Shown: positions 58,337 to 64,000 of the stretch, piece after piece | How positions within the stretch are numbered: position 1 is the stretch's first letter | Layout: each line of letters opens with the position of its first letter | Assembly: GCA_964199315.1 (NCBI GenBank) | Contig: OZ116699.1 | Coordinates: 18,910,001-18,974,000 of the forward strand | DNA from: Orbicella franksi | Lineage: Eukaryota | Direction: 5' to 3' | Length of the DNA stretch: 64,000 nucleotides | Made by a program: the position numbers and the translations under genes | The notes under the pieces: model-generated | Told to the model about the DNA's origin: nothing | What the model saw: the letters and a program-made list of their open reading frames with translations, nothing else | Databases searched by the model: none

Positions 58337-58771
58337 GCCACTAAGTCCAAAAGATGCGTCTTTTACGAGAAGTACGCGGAAAACCACTACACCGAATTCC
58401 TTTCGGCTTACAACGAGAGCTGGACGATAGCAGTGTCAAAAAAGGGCACGATGAGGCCTGGACACAAGGGACAGAGGGGAAAAAAAACCGTTCAATTTAT
58501 TGAACGAGCTTCAAAGATCATTATTCAAACAAAAAATGTCCAAGAGTCACTTTATCACGGACTTCGTGATCACATTGAGCAGCTGCTGCGCGCGTACAGA
58601 GCTAAGGAAGGCGATAATAACAAAGAAAAGACAAGGAAAATGCCACACCCTGGCTACCCAGAGACAAAGAAACAAAAAGCCAAGATTAAAAGGAGAGAGA
58701 AGAAAATGAACAGGTTGCTAAAAATGCTTCGGAAAGAGCAGCGCAGGGAACAGAGGAAAGATAAACCCTAA
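58337..58771 (+). CDS. FGF8/17/18: FGF gene B, coding exon 5 (last), with highly basic C-terminal extension
   Basis: TTCTTTCTTACAG|GCC. Encodes ATKSKRCVFYEKYAENHYTEFLSAYNESWTIAVSKKG..VQFIERAS..; in frame with ORF 58433..58771. The assembled CDS is 798 bp = 265 aa plus stop. Confidence 0.94.
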   Translation, partial: ATKSKRCVFYEKYAENHYTEFLSAYNESWTIAVSKKGTMRPGHKGQRGKKTVQFIERASKIIIQTKNVQESLYHGLRDHIEQLLRAYRAKEGDNNKEKTRKMPHPGYPETKKQKAKIKRREKKMNRLLKMLRKEQRREQRKDKP

Positions 58772-59466
58772 GTACTGCTATTTCTTAACCTTGTCCACTT
58801 GTTTTAGCCTGTACTTTATTCTTCATAAATAACTGCCACCCATGATTCTAGAAAAAGCGTCGAAGAGACCAGTTTTCCTACATGTAATCTTTCAAGCCAA
58901 CGATTCTGTTCTCTCAATTTACGAGCCTGGAAAAGGTCACACCAAAAGAGTCTTTAGCCGAAGAAACTAATCTCTTGGCATGAGCATGATCATGCATGCT
59001 TTAGGCGATGTTCTTCAGTTACTTAGAGTCTTCATAATCGATCTTTAAATTCGTTACATAAATTTAAGAGTGGCTAAACAAAGTTGGAATAGGTGAAGTA
59101 CAGGAAAACTCCTCGTTATAGCTGGATTAAATTTATTATCAGTTTAGAATAACGAGCAGAAATTGCATGGAGACAAATGCAGGTCGGACGGCAGCACGAC
59201 CGCTGAAAATTGATTTGACAAAACGTGGAAGAACTATGGGAATTTGTATAAGTTTGTTATGACTGCGGTAGGACTGAAAGCAAAGAAATCATTGTGTTAC
59301 CGCTGCGCAAAGTGCAACGAGCCAATCAGAACTCGAACGAAAAACTGGCAACTGGTGACATGGCAGGCGCGAGGAGTGCCATGCGTTGTGAATGGCGATT
59401 GGCGATTGGTTTTGTTGTTGGGTTTGGTTTTGCACAATGATTAGTTAGAGCACTTTACACGAGTTA

Positions 59467-59603
59467 ATGGCCAATTCCCTCTACGAGACGTGCTTGCAGG
59501 GAATCATGGTAAGTATATCCATCATCTTGGACTGGATATTTGTTTTGATGGATACAACTACCATGTTTCCCTGCAGGCGAGTCTCATAGAGGGAATTAGC
59601 CAT
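59467..59603. repeat. 137-bp foldback element (58-bp imperfect inverted arms, 21-nt spacer)
   Basis: 59467-59524 ATGGCCAATTCCCTCTACGAGACGTGCTTGCAGGGAATCATGGTAAGTATATCCATCA versus reverse complement of 59546-59603; 9 mismatches, no indels. Confidence 0.88.
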
Positions 59604-61940
59604 CGAGGAGACTTATGAACCAGTTGCTAAACTCAGCGAAAAAAGAAAGAAATCCGAAATGAGTCAAAAGGCATCATCAATCTTGTAACTGCACCGAGTA
59701 CCAAAGAATTCAATAACGACGCCTGACTATGACTAGGCTGCTTAATTTTAATTGAATTACTCGGCGTTTGCACGAGAGAATTATTATTTTGTGCTAAAAG
59801 GCAACAATTAGATCTAAATTAAACCGTGATTGGTTATTCATGTTTATGCTCGTTGGGGAAATTGCCTTGGCTTTGAAATACTTTCACTTAGAGAAGAATA
59901 TTGTCCTCTTTAAAGCTCTTACTTTTTGACATAAAAAGCGACTTTCGCAGATGGCGTGAGTAAAGAGTGTTGCTGACCCTTGAGTCGTCACCTATGTCAT
60001 AACAAACTATTGGTAAAAAGGATAGGGCTCGATAGCGATCGTGAGTGCGATTATCCGCCATTACAAGATATGGATAATCATCATGGATGTTAAATGTAAC
60101 TGAAATTCATTTCTATAAATAATTCCGGTGTAGTTCTTTCCACTTACATTTTCACTATATTAGATCATAAATGTACGGCTTATTGATGTTTTTTTGCTTT
60201 GTATAATATGAATTTACTGTATATTATTGAGTGACATCGAAAACAATGTTCCAGTTGAAAACAGCGACTCAAAGCAAGAGTAAATCTGAGTTTGCTTGTG
60301 TCTTATGTGTACAAAGTTGATATCTAACTAGGGATCTAACGCACTTCACAAACGAACACCAGTAATGAGGTAAGAACTACGTTCGTCCTTTATCTATTGT
60401 CAATATTATACTACAACAAATGGAAGAGAAGTTAAAGGGGAATGACCACACACGCTGGCAACAATCCGTGCAGAGTATCTCAAGGCCCGGCCTCAAAGAT
60501 GCACAGGGAACTATTACTTAAAAGTATACCGAATTAACGACTTAAAAGTTCCAATAATGAAACTCAGGACTATTTTTTTCTTACTTAATTTGGCTGATAT
60601 TTTACTGAATCTTTATTCAACTGGGTGATATTGTTAAAGAATGATCGTGGGGGGAACGACCTCTTCCACATGCAAATGGACGTCTAACATCTTCTTTAAT
60701 CTTTTTCTTTTTATTCATTTTGTAACAACGCTATCTCTTACACTTCTGAACCTGAAACCCTGCTTCGGCTCTTTTATATTGACCTGGTAGAAACTGTCAA
60801 TCAAGTATCAAACTGACGCTCCGTACCACGAAATCTAGGCTTACGTAAAGGCCTGCTCAGTCCACGCTAAGTAGTACTGCGCTTGCGCACGAGAATCATT
60901 TCCGTATTTTCCTTCTATCAAATAACAAAGTCGAAATCTTTTTCATGTTCTCTAGGATTCCAAGAGAGTCTGACCAAAATAAAACAACGAGAGTGATATA
61001 AAAACTACAAGAATTGTTTTTACAGAATTTAATCAAAATATAAGTCACAGCAATGTACGGAAACACTCAAAACAAAGATTGTTATGCAATCTCTAACAAA
61101 CAACAATTTCGGCCAGCTTATTGAAGAAGACAGGTGGTCTTACTGGTTAGGCCTTTTCAATATTTTAATGTTTTAAAAGTAGTCATTAGTTCCAAAACAG
61201 AAATTAATTCACTAAGTGTTAAAATACGTGTTACAAGAGTTCCTCTGAAGGAAGCCGACTTTTAAAGTGTTTCTGAGGATAAGCACCTTTTCTTAATTAA
61301 AGTGTACTTCCATTTACCAAGAAGTGTGAGGTGAAAGAAGATATTTAACATTAGGTAAAACTGTCCATATGCCAGTGATCTCCACTAAAGAAATAAGGTC
61401 TGCTGTGGCTATAGTTAGTAGAAAGTATAACTATAAATTAAGAACAGAACATTCCAGCAATAGAAATAAAATATTCCCGGAAAAAGGCCGGGTAAAATTC
61501 CTTTTTAGTATTTGACCTGGCCAGAACACTAAGCCTAAACCAAGATAACCGTCCAGATTACAATAACACCAACTACGAAACTTAATGAAACTCATTCTCT
61601 TCGAGCTAAATTAATTCCAGGTACACACAAATTAAATAATTACCGAGTTTTTCCGTCGAGAATTTCCACCAAAAGACTTTCTCTAAAATATTCAATTTTT
61701 GTTCTTTAATAATTTAGAGAAATGGCCGAAACTTCGATTTAACTGTACAACGGAAGGTGACAAAGAGGTTCTCACCTTTAAGCTCACCATATGCTGTTGT
61801 TTTCTTACGACTCTCATGAATCCAAAGTAATCTCGGAATTAATTAACTTCCTTGATAAACCAGTCTCGATTCAAAGAAAGCTGATGTCATAAAAAAGGGT
61901 GGGAAATTTTGAACATCGGGTCTGATTAGTTAGTTCAAGC

Positions 61941-62321
61941 CCCGGGGGGACTCCTATATAAAAAGGAGGGGGCTGCTCATCGGAAATTTAGAAAAGAACC
62001 CCTAAGAGTTACCAAGATCCTGCTTTGTGGGCGTGGCTTCAAATTCTTCTCACCCCTTCGAGGCACCAATTCTGAAACAATTCATTTACTGACACTCATA
62101 ATTTTCAATAACGATAAAGACGATGCTTTGAATACCTTCTATCGCGTAAAGTTGATTGTCAAATAAATTATCTCCTATAATATTTTTTCTGCTCAATACC
62201 CTAAAAGGTACTGCTATGGACCTTTTGAGGCTGAACACCCTGAGAGGTACCAAAACCGCTTTTTCAACCCCTAAAGGTGCGACGAGCATCCCTGTCCTTT
62301 TTATATGAAGCCTCCCCCTGG
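61941..62321. mobile_element. 381-bp MITE with ~30-bp imperfect TIRs and an apparent 9-bp target-site duplication
   Basis: Left CCCGGGGGGACTCCTATATAAAAAGGAGGGG; reverse complement of right CCAGGGGGAGGCTTCATATAAAAAGGACAGG. Flanks AGTTCAAGC (61932-61940) and AGTTCAAAC (62322-62330). Confidence 0.8.
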
Positions 62322-63624
62322 AGTTCAAACTCTTTGCACGGGTATCGGTGAATCTGTTGTAGAACACGGCAAGGATCCAGCATAAAAGGAGCAATTTTAT
62401 AGGTTAGCACGTTTAGATTACCAAATGTTTCAGGCTCTATAAGAATTGCGCACAACAACTTACTTACACGTGCGTGTTTCTGGCCTGTCTACTGGGCTTT
62501 CTCTTGCGCTGTATTTTCGTAAAATTTGGAAAAGGTCATAACAACAAAGGCGTGTGTCAGACAAACAGTTTTCTGACTAATCTTTATAACTTCGGGGACA
62601 CAATCAAATTCACTGATACTTCCATGCTGGGAAAGACTCCTCTTTCTCTTCTCGTTGCATGATTTTCCAACTGAGATATTCCAAGTTAAGCTTTAAAGTT
62701 GAATCGACTTAGTTGTTCATTTACATTTCATATAATAGTACTAAATTATCACGTTAAAGAAGATCACCAGAGTTCTTATCCTCGGCTTGTAAACTTTCTC
62801 TTCTCAGTGTCCCTAAGCAATAGCTTATCCTGAAGCACTCTCGCACTTAAAAAAAAATACTTTATAAAAGTCGGCTGGACAGAAATCATGCTATGGATTC
62901 CGCAATCAATTCTTATGTTTTGATCGTGAATTTCTACCAGTCACACTCGTCGAAGCTAATTTTAAGGTAAATTTTGCACATGACGGAATCAGCTAAAAAA
63001 ATATTTGTTGCTAACCACCGCTAACGTGGTAAATTCGAAAACAAATTCCTAGTCCACATAGAAATTAGCCCGCAATGCGCCGCTGGTCTTCCCGCTAACT
63101 TCCCCTCCGACCGGGCACGAGGGAGCAACGGAAACCAAACCCATTGTACGACTGGGAGAGGCAAAATCACGTTCGCATTTTGGATTTTAATTTCTCCAAG
63201 ATAATCCTCATTTATCTTTATAGCATAGCTGTGGTCGTGACTCTCTTTGCTAATTGTAACAAGCTTTGCAAGATCCCCGGCCGTACACACGTGCTTCAGT
63301 AGTCTTTAATACTTCAATGATTATGTTCAGGAAATAAATAGAACGCCACTGGGATGATCACTCTTCTGCCGGTGCTGTGCGAAGGGTAATACAACTAGTC
63401 AACAGCGTAACACAAAGTATACCATGGGGTTCCACGGCAATATTTCAGAGATGGTTTTGATCACAAGGAGCTACAAGGAGAACCATTGTTAGCCCGCACT
63501 GGAATGCATTCCTAATCAGCCGTCTCTCTTATGGCTATGGACGATGAGAGGCGACTGCCGTCGTGTTGTCTATTATACATTATGGATATCAATACAACAA
63601 AAGTAAAGTGATCTTAGAACTTAC

Positions 63625-63765
63625 CATTATCCTTGTCGGATACTTGACGAAGGAAGCCTCATCTGGCATCAATTTTACGATGTTCCACTCAGGAATACAA
63701 AGCGGCATCAAGCAGTTGAAGCACTGTTGTTTTGACGCAAACGTTTTGAGCGCGCTTTCTATCAA
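63625..63765 (-). CDS. Candidate 141-bp symmetric (phase 0-0) exon of an unidentified gene
   Basis: TATTCCAG|TTG to ATG|GTAAGT; open frame LIESALKTFASKQQCFNCLMPLCIPEWNIVKLMPDEASFVKYPTRIM. No homology recognised. Confidence 0.25.
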
Positions 63766-64000
63766 CTGGAATACTCGTATGTCCCACCGACTTGGTGTGA
63801 AATACCGGTTTATCCCGGGAGATCAGCCACGCATTCGGCCCTTTGCTCTTTGATTATTGGCGGTATAATTCACCGTGCCGCCATAAGTGTGGACCAATGC
63901 ACTCTAAAAAAACTTCGGCTGTTTTGGTCAAAGCTGAACGGCTTCGCTCTAATAAGTGAATAACACAGTCCTCCATATAACGATCACAGTCTCTGTTTCT

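Overview
Eukaryotic, intron-containing, AT-rich DNA. The interspersed repeats resemble families I recall from anthozoan (coral/sea anemone) genomes; the taxon is inferred, not verified. Three genes are well supported. (1) sprouty: single coding exon 11986..12969 (+), with a probable 5'UTR intron at 11338..11558. (2) FGF8/17/18-family gene A on the minus strand: 5 coding exons, 40815..34493, 276 aa. (3) FGF8/17/18-family gene B on the plus strand: 5 coding exons, 54159..58771, 265 aa. I reconstructed both FGF genes by hand from GT-AG sites. Both have intron phases 2-0-1-0 and a signal peptide split across two small exons, as in vertebrate FGF8/17/18. The arrangement is Spry -> <- FGF-A | FGF-B ->, a ligand pair and its feedback antagonist within about 47 kb. 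The rest is non-coding: MITEs, a near full-length tRNA-derived SINE, degraded retroelement fragments, an 8-bp TTAGGG-containing array, a 2.3-kb block with internal tandem arrays bounded by direct repeats, a 137-bp foldback and a few orphan exon candidates. I found no rRNA, tRNA gene, CRISPR array or intact transposase/RT ORF. Most entries in the ORF track are not genes.
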